From positions 1 to 42,738 of the forward strand of contig QPMI01000341.1 of the NCBI GenBank assembly GCA_004431415.1: a DNA stretch of 42,738 bases, in the 5' to 3' direction. The notes below the pieces were generated by a model that did not search any database, was not told where the DNA came from, and worked only from the letters and a program-made list of their open reading frames with translations. Below are positions 1 through 11,550 of the stretch, piece by piece (the stretch's first letter is position 1; the number at the start of each line of letters is the position of its first letter). This DNA comes from Cyanophora paradoxa CCMP329 (Eukaryota > Plantae > Glaucophyta). The translations under genes and the position numbers were made by a program.

Positions 1-250
1 AAGCCGTGTGCGCAACGCGGCGATGGCCCCGGCACGCGCCAGCGCACTTGCTCCTCAGAGAGGGTCCCCTCGCCGTGCTCGAGCAGCTCGGGCTGGCGCG
101 CGACCTCGCACGGGCCCGCCGCGCCGGGCGCAGGGCGCGGGGCCGCACGTGGTTGCGCGCGAGGTAGCCGTACGCCTCCTCGATGGGCCTCTTCATGTGC
201 CTGAACGCCGCCTTCACGCGCCTCTTCCAGCCTGCCCCCGCGTCAGCCGC

Positions 251-982
251 TCAGCTGGCACCCGCCGCTCCTCCCTCGCACCACTCGGCATCTCGACGAC
301 GAGGCCGGCACCGGCCCCCGCCGTCGGAGACGGCTCCCGTGGCCCCTCCCCAGCGCCCTCGCTCTCGCCGCCGTCTACCCGCGTCGATCATCCGTGAGCG
401 CAACCGGCACAGCGATGGGCGCAAAGCCGCACGGTTTTGAGGGCGACCTGGCCCCTTCCGCTTCTGTCGCCTTGAGCTCTCCTCTTCCTCCTTCTCGCGT
501 CGCTTGCGTCTGGCGCGGGCGACTCCTTCGTCCGCCTGCCCGGTCTGCGTAAGGATTGAGTGGGGAGCCTTTGATAAACAATGCAAACCAGGCACCTGGC
601 CGCCCGCGCCGCCAGCCGTGCTAGCGCTTTGACCCCTGTCGACGTCATCCGAGACGTCAGCCGGCCGCGCAGCATTTATCGACATGCGAACGCACGCGGC
701 ATTCACTTGGGTTGATGCGCCGGCCTTCAGCCTGGGGCTGCATCGGGTCACAGCAAAAGGAGCAGCGGTCAAGCCGTCCTCGGGCGCTGGAGCACGTCGC
801 TGCGCGCGCCGCTTCGGTCGTACGACACGCTTGACTGTACTTGACTCCGCGGCCGGCGCCACGCTCTCGTCGCTGTGCTCGTCGTCGTCGTCAATTTCGT
901 CCAGATCAACGACCCGGCGTGCGGGGGTCGATGGGCTTGCTTGACGACATGAATGACCGGTAATGCACTTGAAGCTGTCCAT
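251..982 (-). CDS. Hypothetical spliced protein with acidic patch and basic NLS-like segment
   Basis: ATG at 982 (MDSFKC...), DLDEIDDDDEHSDES, RRKRREKEEEESSRRQKRK. Two plausible in-frame introns (GTGCGT...GCTGAC...ACAG; GTGCCT...GCAG). No family motif; 3' end uncertain. Confidence 0.35.
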   Translation of the reverse strand: MDSFKCITGHSCRQASPSTPARRVVDLDEIDDDDEHSDESVAPAAESSTVKRVVRPKRRAQRRAPAPEDGLTAAPFAVTRCSPRLKAGASTQVNAACVRMSINAARPADVSDDVDRGQSASTAGGAGGQVPGLHCLSKAPHSILTQTGQADEGVARARRKRREKEEEESSRRQKRKGPGRPQNRAALRPSLCRLRSRMIDAGRRRRERGRWGGATGAVSDGGGRCRPRRRDAEWCEGGAAGAS

Positions 983-1065
983 CGAGCGCGAAGCAGCTGC
1001 ACCCTGTGCTTGCAATCGGCCAAAGACCTGCGCGCCACGTCGCTCCTAAACGCACGATCTGCGCG

Positions 1066-1499
1066 CCCGGGAGCGCACGCACGGGTCGGAGCGCGCGGGA
1101 CCGTACACGCGCCGGCTCGAGCGCCGCCGCGGGTCAGCTGTCGTCTCGCGGGAAGCGCTCAGCCGTACCCAGAAGACTGCTGCGGCCGACGACCCCGGCC
1201 GGCCGGCGCGGACTTCCATCGTGCGGATGGCCGAGCGGTCTAAGGCGCTAGTTTCAGGTACTAGTCACTTCGGTGGCGTGGGTTCAAATCCCACTCCGCA
1301 CATTTTCGCCTTTTCCCCGCACCCGCGCCCCGGGCTCGGCTCCCGCCGGGCCCACTTGCCCTCGCCCGCACCCGTTGCGATGGCCGATCGCGTCTTCGCT
1401 TCCGGGCCCGCGCCGAGCGTCCTCGCGGCCCACGCCGGCCCCACGGCTCACGTCGCTCGCGGGGAGGCGCCGCCGGCCGGAAGGTCGAGGCGCCCGCAG
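1066..1499 (+). repeat. Left arm of 434-bp inverted duplication (partner 10646-11079)
   Basis: Reverse complement of 10646-11079; one mismatch seen (position 1212; ORF track GADFH vs GAVFH). Confidence 0.95.
1221..1302 (+). tRNA. tRNA-Leu(CAG)
   Basis: Acceptor stem GTGCGGA/TCCGCAC plus discriminator A, A-box TGGCCGAGCGG, anticodon arm CTAGT-TTCAGGT-ACTAG, long variable arm, B-box GGTTCAAATCC, followed by TTTT. Confidence 0.97.
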
Positions 1500-1514
1500 T
1501 TTCCTACTAGCTAA
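1380..1514 (+). pseudogene. Truncated duplicate of the first ~40 codons of the SLC25 carrier gene
   Basis: MADRVFASGPAPSVL...RSRRPQ is identical to the carrier N-terminus at 10765; it runs into FPTS-stop just after the duplication ends. Confidence 0.7.
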
Positions 1515-1773
1515 GAGGCTATCTGGTGCCTCGGAGCTCGTGCGCGCCTCTGGGCCTAGGCCGCGCCTGTATACGGTACAAGACACGAAAAGCGCTAGCA
1601 AAATCAATTCTCTGCACCGTTCAAGGCAAGCGATAGGTAGATAGTTACATCATGGCATACGCAAAGCAGCGAGACTCGCGCGTGGCACACGCGGGGACGT
1701 CAGAAAGGAGGCCAGCCCGGCAGAGGCGCTTGTCCACCGGGCGGGCGGGGGAGAGGGGGCGGGGCGGGGGCGC

Positions 1774-4700
1774 TCAGATCTCGATGGAGAAGGTGGCGAG
1801 GGCGTCGTCGTCGGAGAGGTCGGGGGGCGGGGCCGCGGGGGCGGCGGGCCCGGGGAGGCCGGCCTCGACGGAACCAAGGAGGTCCCGCAGGCGCGCCTCC
1901 AGCGCGTGGATCTGCGTGTTCTTGATCTGCGCGTTCGCCTCCAGCACCCCCTGGAACGTGTGCAGCGCCGAGTGCAGCTGCCGCCTCTCGTGAGCGGCAG
2001 CGCGGGGAGGGGCGGGGGGGCCCGGGGCGCGGACGAGGGTGTAGAGGTGGCGGGGCTCGCGGGCGGCGGCGAGGGCGTCCTCGAGGTGCTGCTCGATGGC
2101 GAGGTAGAGCTCGCGCAGGCCCATGAAGCCGCGCTCCTGCAGCTCGATCGCCTCCCGCAGCCGCGCGTTCTCCTCGTCCGCCGCCGCCAGCTGCGAGCGC
2201 GCCGCCGCCAGCTGGCCCCGCAGCGCCCGCCCCTCGCGCACGAGCAGCGCCGGGAGGGCGGCGGCGCCCGGGGTGAGCATGCCGCGCTCGAAGAGGTACA
2301 TCGAGGCGGCGTCCGCCCCCTCGTCCCCCGACACGCACGAGCTGCCGCCCCGCGGTCTCAGGCGCCGCTTCTCGCGCGCCGCGGGGCGGGCCGGCCGCAC
2401 CTCGCGCCCGACCAGAGGCCGCTCGAGCTGCGGCAGAGGCTGACCCGCGAGGAGCGCGGCGTGGCCGTCGGCGAGGGCGCCGAGATCCGCACCGCCGCCC
2501 GCACGGGCGACGGCGAGCGCTCCGCCTCCGCCACCCACTCGCGCACCGCCCGCCCCGCCCCCGCCGCCCGCGCCCCCGCGCCCGCGGCGCCCGCGGCGTG
2601 CGCGGCGTGCGCGGCTGGCCGGCGGCGTCGCTCTCCTCGCCCTGCGCCGGCGTAAGCGGGGCGGGGCGGTGGCGGGGCGGGGCGGGGGCACCGGGGCGGG
2701 CGGGGCGGCGAGGGCGGCGGCGGGGGCGGCGGGAGGCGAGGGCGGCGAGCTGGGCGCGGAGGCGGTGGGCCTCGTCGAGGGCGCACTCGCGCTCGACGCG
2801 GGCGGCCTCGAGGTCCTCCCGCAGCTCCCCCATCGCCTCCTGCGCCCGCCCCGCCGCCTCCCGCAGGCTCTCGTTCTCCAGCTCCGCCGCGTACCGCACC
2901 TCCCGCTCCCCCTCCAGCGCCCCCCGCGCCGCCGCCAGCTCCTCCTGCAGCCGGCACACGTACACCAGCCGCTCCACCTCCGCCGGCCCGCACACCGCCA
3001 CGGCCCCCGCCGCCCCCGGCGCCGCCGGCATCGCTCCCGAGGGCACCTCCTGCCGCTGCACCCGCCCCCGCTCCGCGGCGAGCCTGGCGGGAGCGGTCGG
3101 GGCGGGGCTCGGGGCGGGCGGGGCGCGGGGACGGGGACCGAGCGAGGGCGCGGGCGCGGTCGGCGCGGGACTCGAGGCGGGAGACGGCCTCGGCGTGGAG
3201 GAGGTGCTGCAGGCGGCGCGCCTCCTCCCGGTAGCGCGCCTTCGCCGCCGCCTCCGCCCCGAGCCGCTTCTCGAGGTACGCGAACTGGGCCGTCCAGCCC
3301 TTGGCCGCCTCCACGGCCGAGAGCACCAGCCCGTCCACCCGCCGCTCCAGCTCCCCGTTCTCCGCCTGCCCGCCCCGCCCCGCTCGCCCCGCGCCAGCGG
3401 CGGGAGGGCGGGCCGCGCACCTCGAGGCGGGCCACACGTGTCGCCAGCGCCGCCGCCGGCACCTCAGCGCCGCCCCCGCCGCCAACGGCAGCGCCGCGGA
3501 GGCAGCGGGGGCCGGGGCGCCCGGGACGGGGCGGGGCCAGCGAGCACGAGGGCGCGGGTGGAGGCGGAGGCGTCCGCCTCGGAGGCGCCAGACTGGAGCG
3601 GGGCGCGTGAGGCGTGTCACGCGCGGGGACGGCGGCGGGCACGCGCGCACCCGCTCGGCGCGGCTGCGGCGGAGGGCGCTGAGGCGCTCCTCGAAGGAGG
3701 CCTGCGGGGCGTCAGCGGCGGCAACCCGGCGGGGGGCGGGACGGGGCGCGCCATGGCGCGCTCGATGCTGCCCCGCATCGTCTCCCGCGGGGTCCCCGCC
3801 CCGTCCGAGCGCCGGCAGCGGCGCGGGGCCGCCGCGCGGGGCCGGCGGGGGCGGGCGTGGCCGGGGCGGATCGTCGTCGCCGCTGGAATCGGGGGCGGTG
3901 GGCGGGAGGGCGCGGGCCGAGGCGCAGCGGTCCAGCCGCGCCTCGCTCTCCGCCAGCAGCGCCCGCACCTCCCCGCGCCCCAGGCTCGCCCGCAGCCGCG
4001 GCGGCAGCGCCCCCGCCGGCCCCCGCGCCGCCGCCAGCCGCGGCGAGACGCACTCCAGGAGGGCCGGCAGCGGGCCTGGCGGCGGGAGCGCGATGCTCTG
4101 CGGCGACTCGGCGCCCCCGCCCGCGTCGCCTCCTGTGCCGGCGGCGGCGACGGAGCCGCGGCCGGCGCGACCGCCGGCGCCGGCCGCGGGCTCATCGGCC
4201 ACAGCGGCGCCGCGGAATTCACGCAGCGACCGGCACGCGGCTCTGGGGCAAATTGGCGGTTCGTCACGCGCCGCCGGGGCTCTGGGGGAGAAGCGGCGGC
4301 TCGCATGCCGGGGCGGGGCGGGGAGGGGCGCGGGGCGGAGACGAAGGAGGAGCGGGGGCGAGGCCGGGGCGGGAGCGGGGCGACGCCCCGCGGCCTCGAA
4401 GCGGAGGGCCATGGGCCGCGCCGGCGTCGGCGGCGGCGGCGGCGGCGGCCCGCCGGCGAGGGGCCGGCCCGCGGGCGCCGGAGGGCGCGGGGAGCGCGGG
4501 GAGTGGAACGGGGAGCGCGGGGCGAAGTGCTCTGGGGGCGCGACCTCGGGCGAGGCGGCGGCGGCCAGCGGGCCTCCGGGCTGCCCCGGCCGCGGCGGCC
4601 GGGGAGGCGGCGCGGGGGTCGAGGGCCGGCGGCCGAGGAAGAGGGCGCCGAGGCCGCCGGAGCCGTCGTCGCGGAAGCGCGCCGGCGGCATGCGCGGCGG

Positions 4701-5219
4701 CGGCGTGTCCGCCCACGGCGAGGCCCCCGCCGCGGACGCCTCCGGCGCCTCGGGGATCGGGGCCTCCCAGGAGCGCGTCGCCCGCAGCCCGCCGCCCACG
4801 CGCCGCACCAGCGGCGACGGCGTCGTCACGCCCTCCCACGCCGCCCCCTCGGGCCGCGCCCGTGCGCCCAGATCCGGAGTGGGCGGGTCGCCTGCGAAGG
4901 GGGTCTCGGCGCTCGGTGGATGCGTGGCGGAGACGACGCGCGGACCGGTTATTTCGTGCGGCACCACGGCAGACTCCGGTGTCGCGGTGGACACCTCCGA
5001 CGAGCGCGTCCGGATAGCGAAGGCCTCCGGGGAGTCCGGCTCGCCTGAGATGCGGAGGCCGGGCTCCCGGTTCTCCTTGCTCGAGCTGTCCAGCGACGAT
5101 GCCGACGCGGAACGGTACAGCCCGCGGGTCTGCAGCTTTCCCGCCGCTCCGCGCAAGAGAGCCTGCAGCTGGACGAGAGCGTGCATCGTGTCGCTGGATT
5201 CTATTGGAGGCGGTTCCAT
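1774..5219 (-). CDS. Multi-exon hypothetical protein: Pro/Ser-rich N-half and coiled-coil C-half (may be more than one gene)
   Basis: MEPPPIESSDTMHALVQLQ...; heptad-like segments (LQEELAAARGALEGERE, ENARLREAIELQERGF, LEANAQIKNTQIHALEARL) joined by short introns; stop after DDDALATFSIEI. Confidence 0.65.
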
Positions 5220-5419
5220 GATATCGCACGCGCGCCGCTCCCCAGCCACGGGCCTCGAACGTTGCACCCGCGCGCCAAGGCGGGAACACTGGCTCGTGCG
5301 CCAAGCACGTTAGAGACTTCGCTGGCCTCTCCCACGCTCAACGCGTGGACGAGGAAAGTAACGGCAGCAGGATCCTCGCGTTGCCGGAAGGCTTCTCTAC
5401 CCCTCCTGCTTTCGAAAGT

Positions 5420-7011
5420 ATGGCGCACCGGGTGAGGCCCGGTACGGAGGACGTGCATCGCGACGTTTGGTGCAATAGCGATTCTTCTGCCGCTGCGCCT
5501 CCTACGACGAACGCGCCTCTGAGCTCATGCGACACCGCAGGCCGTCTCCTGACAAACCGGGGCCTATCGTGCGCAAGGCTAAGCCGTTCGCGTGGCTGGA
5601 AAGTGACTCCGGCGACGAAGTGGGCGAGTCCGGCGCGCTCCGAGCTTCGGGACAGTCCGGGCAGAGCGGCCTCGGCAGTCCTGCTGCGGACGCCGTGCGT
5701 AAAATGATCGAGCAAATGAGGGAGCGCGCCGAAGCCGACGCGCATTCGTCGAGCCTCCCTCCGCGACGGCTGATCGGTGCGGGCGCTGGCCTCTCGCGCC
5801 ACGCAAGCGCAAGAGCTCTGACGCGCCTCGGGCCCAGATGCCGAGGGCATGGAAGGCCCCGCGCGGACGGGCGCAGCAGGGCGGTACGCGGCGGCGTCGG
5901 ATGGCTCTGGGGGCGAGGAGCAGGCGGGCGAGGACGCGGAGGAGCCGGCGCCGTTGCAGCCGGGCCCGCTGCCGCGCGCGTGGGACTCGCCGGCATCGCG
6001 CTCGATGCCGGTGGTGGTGGAGACGCACAGCCCCGCCGCCGCGGGGCGCCCCGGCGGCGGGGCGCCGGCCGCCGGCTCCCCCGCGCACGCGTCGGGGCGG
6101 CCACGGGCGGGCCCCGGCGCAGCGATGCAGGCGACCTCGAGCCCGCCGCACCGCAGCCCGACCGCCCGCTCGGCCCCAAGCGCGCCCCCCGCCCCCTCAA
6201 CGCACCCACGCCCCCTCGCCCCACGCCAGCCGTCCCCGAAGCCCTCTGCCCGCCCCGCCACGCCGGCCCCGCCCCCGCCGGCCCCTCCGTCCTCTCCCCT
6301 CCCGCGGCAGTCTCCTCGGGGCGGGCCTCGCCGGCTGGGGCGCCGGCAGCGGGGGCAGCGGAGGGGGAGGGGGAGGATGGCGCGGGCAGCGACTCTGCCC
6401 TGGACCGTGCGCCCTCCCCGCCCCCGCCGCCCCGCCGCCTCCTGAGCCCCCGCAGTGGACACCCTCCCGCGCTTCGCGGGGGCACAGAGGTGCGCTCGGC
6501 GCGCGCGGGGCGAGGCGGGGCGGGGGCCGGGGGGTGACGGGGCGGGCAGCCGGATGTGGGACATGGTGGGCGCCCTCGCCTCCTCCATCGAGCAGCTCGA
6601 GGACGAGTGCCGCCCCCGGCCCGCCCGCCCCGCCCGCCCCGCGGGGCGTGATGCGGGGGCAGGGACAGCGGGGGCGGGGCGCGCTCGGCGTTCCACGCGG
6701 CGGGCAGCAAGCTCCGGCGCCTCCTCCAGCTCCACCTCGCCCTCCGCCCGCCCCGCCCCGCCCGCCCCGCCCCGCCCCGCGCCGCTGACGGGGCGGCAGT
6801 GAGGCGCGAGGAGGAGGCGCGGCGCGCGCACTTCGGGCTGTGGATGCAGCGGGCGGACTTCCAGCACAAGCTGCGCGCCGCCGCGCAGGCCTGCATCGAG
6901 GCCTCCACCGCCCCCGCCCTCGCCCCCGCCGACCGCGAGTTCCTAGCAGCAGTCCTCGCGTATCTCCAGCGGCCGCCACCTGCGCCTGCTCCCGCTGCCG
7001 CCTCACCCTGA
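5420..7011 (+). CDS. Multi-exon hypothetical protein
   Basis: Protein-like exons (KPFAWLESDSGDEV, VRKMIEQMRER, MWDMVGALASSIEQLEDE, FGLWMQRADFQHKLRAAAQACIE) with intron signals. Start and first intron unresolved. Confidence 0.5.
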
Positions 7012-7142
7012 CCGCGAACCCCGCCCCGGCTTCCACCCGCCCTCCATGCTTTAGCCCTCGTCCCTTCGAGCTTGCTTTGAGCAGAGTCTCGTTTTGGCCG
7101 CGAGGGTGGGACGGGCCGGGGCGGGAGGGGGCCGGGGGCGGG

Positions 7143-8707
7143 CTAGGGTGCGGCGGGGCGGCGCCCCTCGAGGATGGCGTACGCCCTGCGCTCCGCCTCG
7201 GCGACCTCCGCCCGGTGCTGCCCCGCCCGTCTTTCAGCCGGCGCGGGGCGCGCGGTACCGGTTGCGGGGGGCGGGGGGCGGGGTGGACCTTCTCTCGCTC
7301 GGCGGGGGATGCGTCCGGGAGGGTGTTGAGGGCCCCCGCGTCCACCCGCAGCGCCTCCCCCGACTCCAGCAGCCGCCGCATCCCCCTGCCGCCCCGCCCT
7401 CACCCCCGCCCCGCCCCGCAGGCCGCCGGCGGGGGCCGGCGCACGGGAGGTGGCCCATGCCGACGACGGCGAGGACGCGGCGGGGGGCGGGGGGCAGGCG
7501 CGGGTGGGCGGCGGCGGCCCAGGCGAGGTACGCGTCGCGCTCGTCGATGACGGCGGAGCCGAGCTGCGCGGTGAGGGCCCCCGCGCCCTCCCCCGAGGCC
7601 CCCCGCCGCTTGAACTCCGCCATGATTTCCGCCACGTCCTCCTCCTTCACGCCGGCCCCCAGCGCCCTGCGCACGCCCCGCCCTCAGACCTCCGCTTGCG
7701 CGCGGGCGGGCGGGGCGAGCCTGGGGACGGTGTGCGCGATGGCGGGGACGGCGAGGAGGAAGAGGGCCTCGAGGGAGAGGAGGCGCGCGTCAAAACCGGC
7801 GAGCCAGTCGCCCAGCAGCACCGCCCCCGCCAGCGCCCCCAGCAGAGGCCGCGTCCGCCGGAAGAGCGTCGCCGCCAGCGCCCGCGCCGTCACCGCCTGA
7901 TCCCGGTCCCCGAAGACCACCGGGATCCCCAGCCGCGCCGCCTCCTCTGCGCCCCGCCCCCGCGCTCGTCGCCCCCCGCGCAAGACGGGCCGGCGCGTGA
8001 CGGCGCGGCAGCAGACCGAGTGCTGCACTGAATTCGCCCCCTGGCTGAAGCTTGAGCGCAAGAGATGTCGCCTCGTACATGCTGCTCAGGTACACCTCCA
8101 CGAGCGCCGCAGGGCCGTTCTCGAGCACTTTCTCGTACGTCTTGAACAGCGGCGTCTGCTGGCCGAGCTGCGTGCCCGTGCCGCGCGTCAGCGGCGAGCG
8201 CGGTTAGATGCGTGTTGGGGCGAGCAGCACCTGGCGGGTGAAGAGCTTCTCTGCGCGCGTTCCGCAGACTTCGACCACGACCGCGTCGGGCCGCCCCTCC
8301 CGCACCATAGCGCGCGCCTCATCCGCCGAATCTTTGCTGATGTGTGCTGTCCCGAGCAACAGAATTTCGACGTCTCCCACGCGCACGGATTCGAGCTGAC
8401 CGGCGTTCACAAGCTTCCGCAGCTCCTCAACGCTCGTGCGCTCAGTGGTCGCCGCCGACTGCTGCTCGGCCGGCCCCGCCGACGCCCGCGGCCGCACGCT
8501 CGAGAGGAAGCGCGGCGCAGCCGCGGCAGCAGGCAGGGCCAGGCGTGAATGGCCCAAAAACACCTTACGACACAATGCTTTGGACAGCGCCTCCGACGTG
8601 GGGCCGACGGCCCGCGTCGCGGTATGCAAGCACACGGGACTGACCGCAAGTCGGAACGGGGCCCTCATCGGGGCCATCATCGGGGTGAGGAACGCTGCTG
8701 GAGCCAT
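7143..8707 (-). CDS. TraB/PrgY-family protein with N-terminal organellar presequence
   Basis: LLGTAHISKDSA, PDAVVVEVCGTR, PGGEF, PVVFGDRD, IDERDAYLA, VLAVVGMGHL-G motifs across exons; ~90-aa Ala/Arg/Ser-rich extension starting MAPAAF. Confidence 0.88.
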
Positions 8708-8875
8708 TTGCGGCATGTACGTGTCGTACAAGTGCTAGCCTGGCGGGTGCAGTGGTGCTAGGGGGCCGGGTACGCGAGCTAACCCGCGCAATGCGAAAGA
8801 GGACACATGTGAAATTGAAAACAAACATGAAATTGATATCTGCGGGTAATGCGGGCCGGCCGCTGGACGCGGGTC

Positions 8876-10765
8876 TCACTTCTTCTGGTCGGCCTCCTTG
8901 GGCTCCTCCTTGGCGGGCTCCTCGGCCGGGGCGGCGGCCGCCTCGGCCTCCTCCTTCGGGGCAAAAGCGTTGGGGAAGTACGTCCTGTGGATCGTCTTGA
9001 CGCCCTCGTAGACCATGAAGAAGCTGCGGGGCGGGGCGTCAGGCGGGGCGGGCGAGGGGGGCGGGGCGCGGGGCGGACATGGCGGAGGAGGGGGCGATCA
9101 TGCCGACGCGGGGGACGATGCCCTTGAAGAGGGCCGTGGGGCCCTCCTCCCGCGCCACCCGCAGCGCCGTGTTCACGATCCCCGAGTACGGCGCGGGGCC
9201 CCCGGCGGCGGCGGCGGCGGCGGCGGCGGCGTCTTTGGTCTGGCCCATGAGGCGGGTCTTGACGACGTCGCAGGGGCAGGTGCAGGTGGAGGCGAAGGCG
9301 CCGGCGAGGGCGCCGAGGGCGAGGTTGGTGACGCCGGAGGGCCGCACCCCCTCGTGCGCCGCCGCGTACGCCTCCTTCACCTTCTCGAAGGTCGCCAGCT
9401 GGATCGCCCGGAACGGCACGTCCCGCATCAGCTGCCCGCCCCAGTCAGCTCGCCCCGGCGTGCTCGGGCGGGGCGGGCGGGGGGGCGCGCCTGGGAGCGG
9501 TAGCCCTGGTAGAGGCCCATGAAGCCCTGCGAGCTGCCGAGGATCGTCGAGATCGCCTCCTTGGCGCTGCCGTAGACGCCCATCTGCCGCCCGCTCGCCG
9601 GCGGGGCGGGGCGGGGCGGGGCGGGGGCGGGGGCGGGGCGGGGCACGGGCGCACCTGGAGGCGGACCTTGACGACCTCCGTCGGCACCACGATCACCGAC
9701 CCGCAGATGTCCCCCACCGACCCCGAGACTGCCCCCCCTCACCGTCACCGCCCGCCCCGCCGGCGGCCCCCGCGCCCCGGCGCACAGAGGTGGACGAGCA
9801 CGGCGGCGCTCTTGGGGACGAGGTCGACGAGGTTCTCCTGCGCGCCGCTCGCCCCGGCGTGGCGGCAGCGAGCCGCCGACCCCGCGCACCTTGAGCACTT
9901 CGTAGGTCGTGAAGGTGATTGCCGCGTACGGGATCTGGCCCGTCAGCGTCCCCGGCAGGCCTGCCGTCCCCTTCCGTATCGGCCGCGGGCCGCAGCGAGC
10001 GGGGTCTGGGGGCGCGCACCTGCGTAGAAGCCCGGAATGCCATTCGCGCCCCAGATGCGCTTCACGGCGCCGATGGTCGAGAGCGAGCCTTGCGACGACT
10101 GGATCGTCGTCTTGATCGTGTCTGCGGGCGCCCGTCGCGCGGTTTCCGCCGGACCACGCGACTTTGCGGCCGAGGGGCGGCAAGAAGAAGCTCACCGATG
10201 GGATGCAGGGCGAGGATGGAGACCGCCCGAGCGCAGGCACCCGACAGGACGTGGACTGCGACGGGCGTCCGCGGCGTAGTCAGTGTCGGTAAACATTCGG
10301 AGAGTATTGCAGAACGCCTTGCTCACTCGGCAAGGGCGTCCTCGTCGCCGGGGGAGCCGCCGCCGCGGCCGCGAGCTTCGCTTCCTTCTTATCTGCACTA
10401 CCAGTGACGGTCTTCACCGCCGAGGCGACAATGTGTGCGATGGAGTGCCTTTGAGACCTCCCATTCGACTGCTTCGACGTGGACGCGAGGGTCACTCGGG
10501 ACCGTCCAGCGCGCGAGCGCGGTGCAGAACCGGCCGACACATTAGCGGCTACTACCGCTGGGGTCCGGGATCCCGGGCGAGCGAGAGGACGCCTAGAGTT
10601 GGCGCCACGGCGCTGCTCGTCGGCTGGGGACGAGAAGGCGAGGAGCTGCGGGCGCCTCGACCTTCCGGCCGGCGGCGCCTCCCCGCGAGCGACGTGAGCC
10701 GTGGGGCCGGCGTGGGCCGCGAGGACGCTCGGCGCGGGCCCGGAAGCGAAGACGCGATCGGCCAT
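8876..10765 (-). CDS. Mitochondrial carrier family (SLC25) protein, S-adenosylmethionine carrier-like, with long N-terminal extension
   Basis: Three Px[DE]xx[KR] repeats (HPIDTIKT, VPTEVVKVRLQ, CPCDVVKTRLM) plus RDVPFRAIQLATFE, GLYQGY and LFKGIVPRV. Substrate is inferred. Confidence 0.9.
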
Positions 10766-11079
10766 CGCAACGGGTGCGGGCGAGGGCAAGTGGGCCCGGC
10801 GGGAGCCGAGCCCGGGGCGCGGGTGCGGGGAAAAGGCGAAAATGTGCGGAGTGGGATTTGAACCCACGCCACCGAAGTGACTAGTACCTGAAACTAGCGC
10901 CTTAGACCGCTCGGCCATCCGCACGATGGAAGACCGCGCCGGCCGGCCGGGGTCGTCGGCCGCAGCAGTCTTCTGGGTACGGCTGAGCGCTTCCCGCGAG
11001 ACGACAGCTGACCCGCGGCGGCGCTCGAGCCGGCGCGTGTACGGTCCCGCGCGCTCCGACCCGTGCGTGCGCTCCCGGG
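10646..11079 (-). repeat. Right arm of 434-bp inverted duplication
   Basis: Reverse complement of 1066-1499; contains the tRNA and the carrier start codon. Confidence 0.95.
10843..10924 (-). tRNA. tRNA-Leu(CAG)
   Basis: Identical to the copy at 1221-1302, opposite strand. Confidence 0.97.
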
Positions 11080-11550
11080 TGTGAAGATGGTACGGTTAAT
11101 GGCGTACGAACCAAATCGCAGAGGTTGCGGGCCAGTGGCGCGCCTTTCAAGCTGCGCACGAGCTTGTTTTGCGTGAGTTGAGCCCGTGGCGTTGTTCAAC
11201 AGCGCGTGCTCCGCCCCGCCAGGTTTCTCGGCGAGAGGTCGAAAGGGAGCGCGCGCAATACGGGCGAAGCAATAGGTGTGCGCAACACCGTCCTCTCCAA
11301 TCTAGCTTTGAATTGAAACTGAGCCATTTGCGCAATAAGCGCGGCGCCGTCTCAACTGCGCAGTTCAAAATTTCGAAACTGATCAAAAGCGTGCGGGCGC
11401 GCGGGCCATTGCGAGACATTCACAATTCCAGTATACGTACGTTGTTAATTTTTTACGTCCAGTGCTTTTTTAAGAGCAGCGAACTGATATCGATCGACAT
11501 AAATTCGAAGCAGCGAGCACGGCTTCTCGAGTTCCGGCCGCGGGGCATCG

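Noticed and set aside
2358-5313. Very long overlapping ORFs (969, 816, 670 aa) here and elsewhere
   Set aside because: Stop codons are rare at this GC content; translations are Arg/Pro/Gly/Ala shadows or intron readthrough.
1066-11079. Composite transposon or prophage-like element with TIRs
   Set aside because: No transposase/integrase or TSD; arms consist of host tRNA and gene sequence; cargo is ordinary intron-rich genes.
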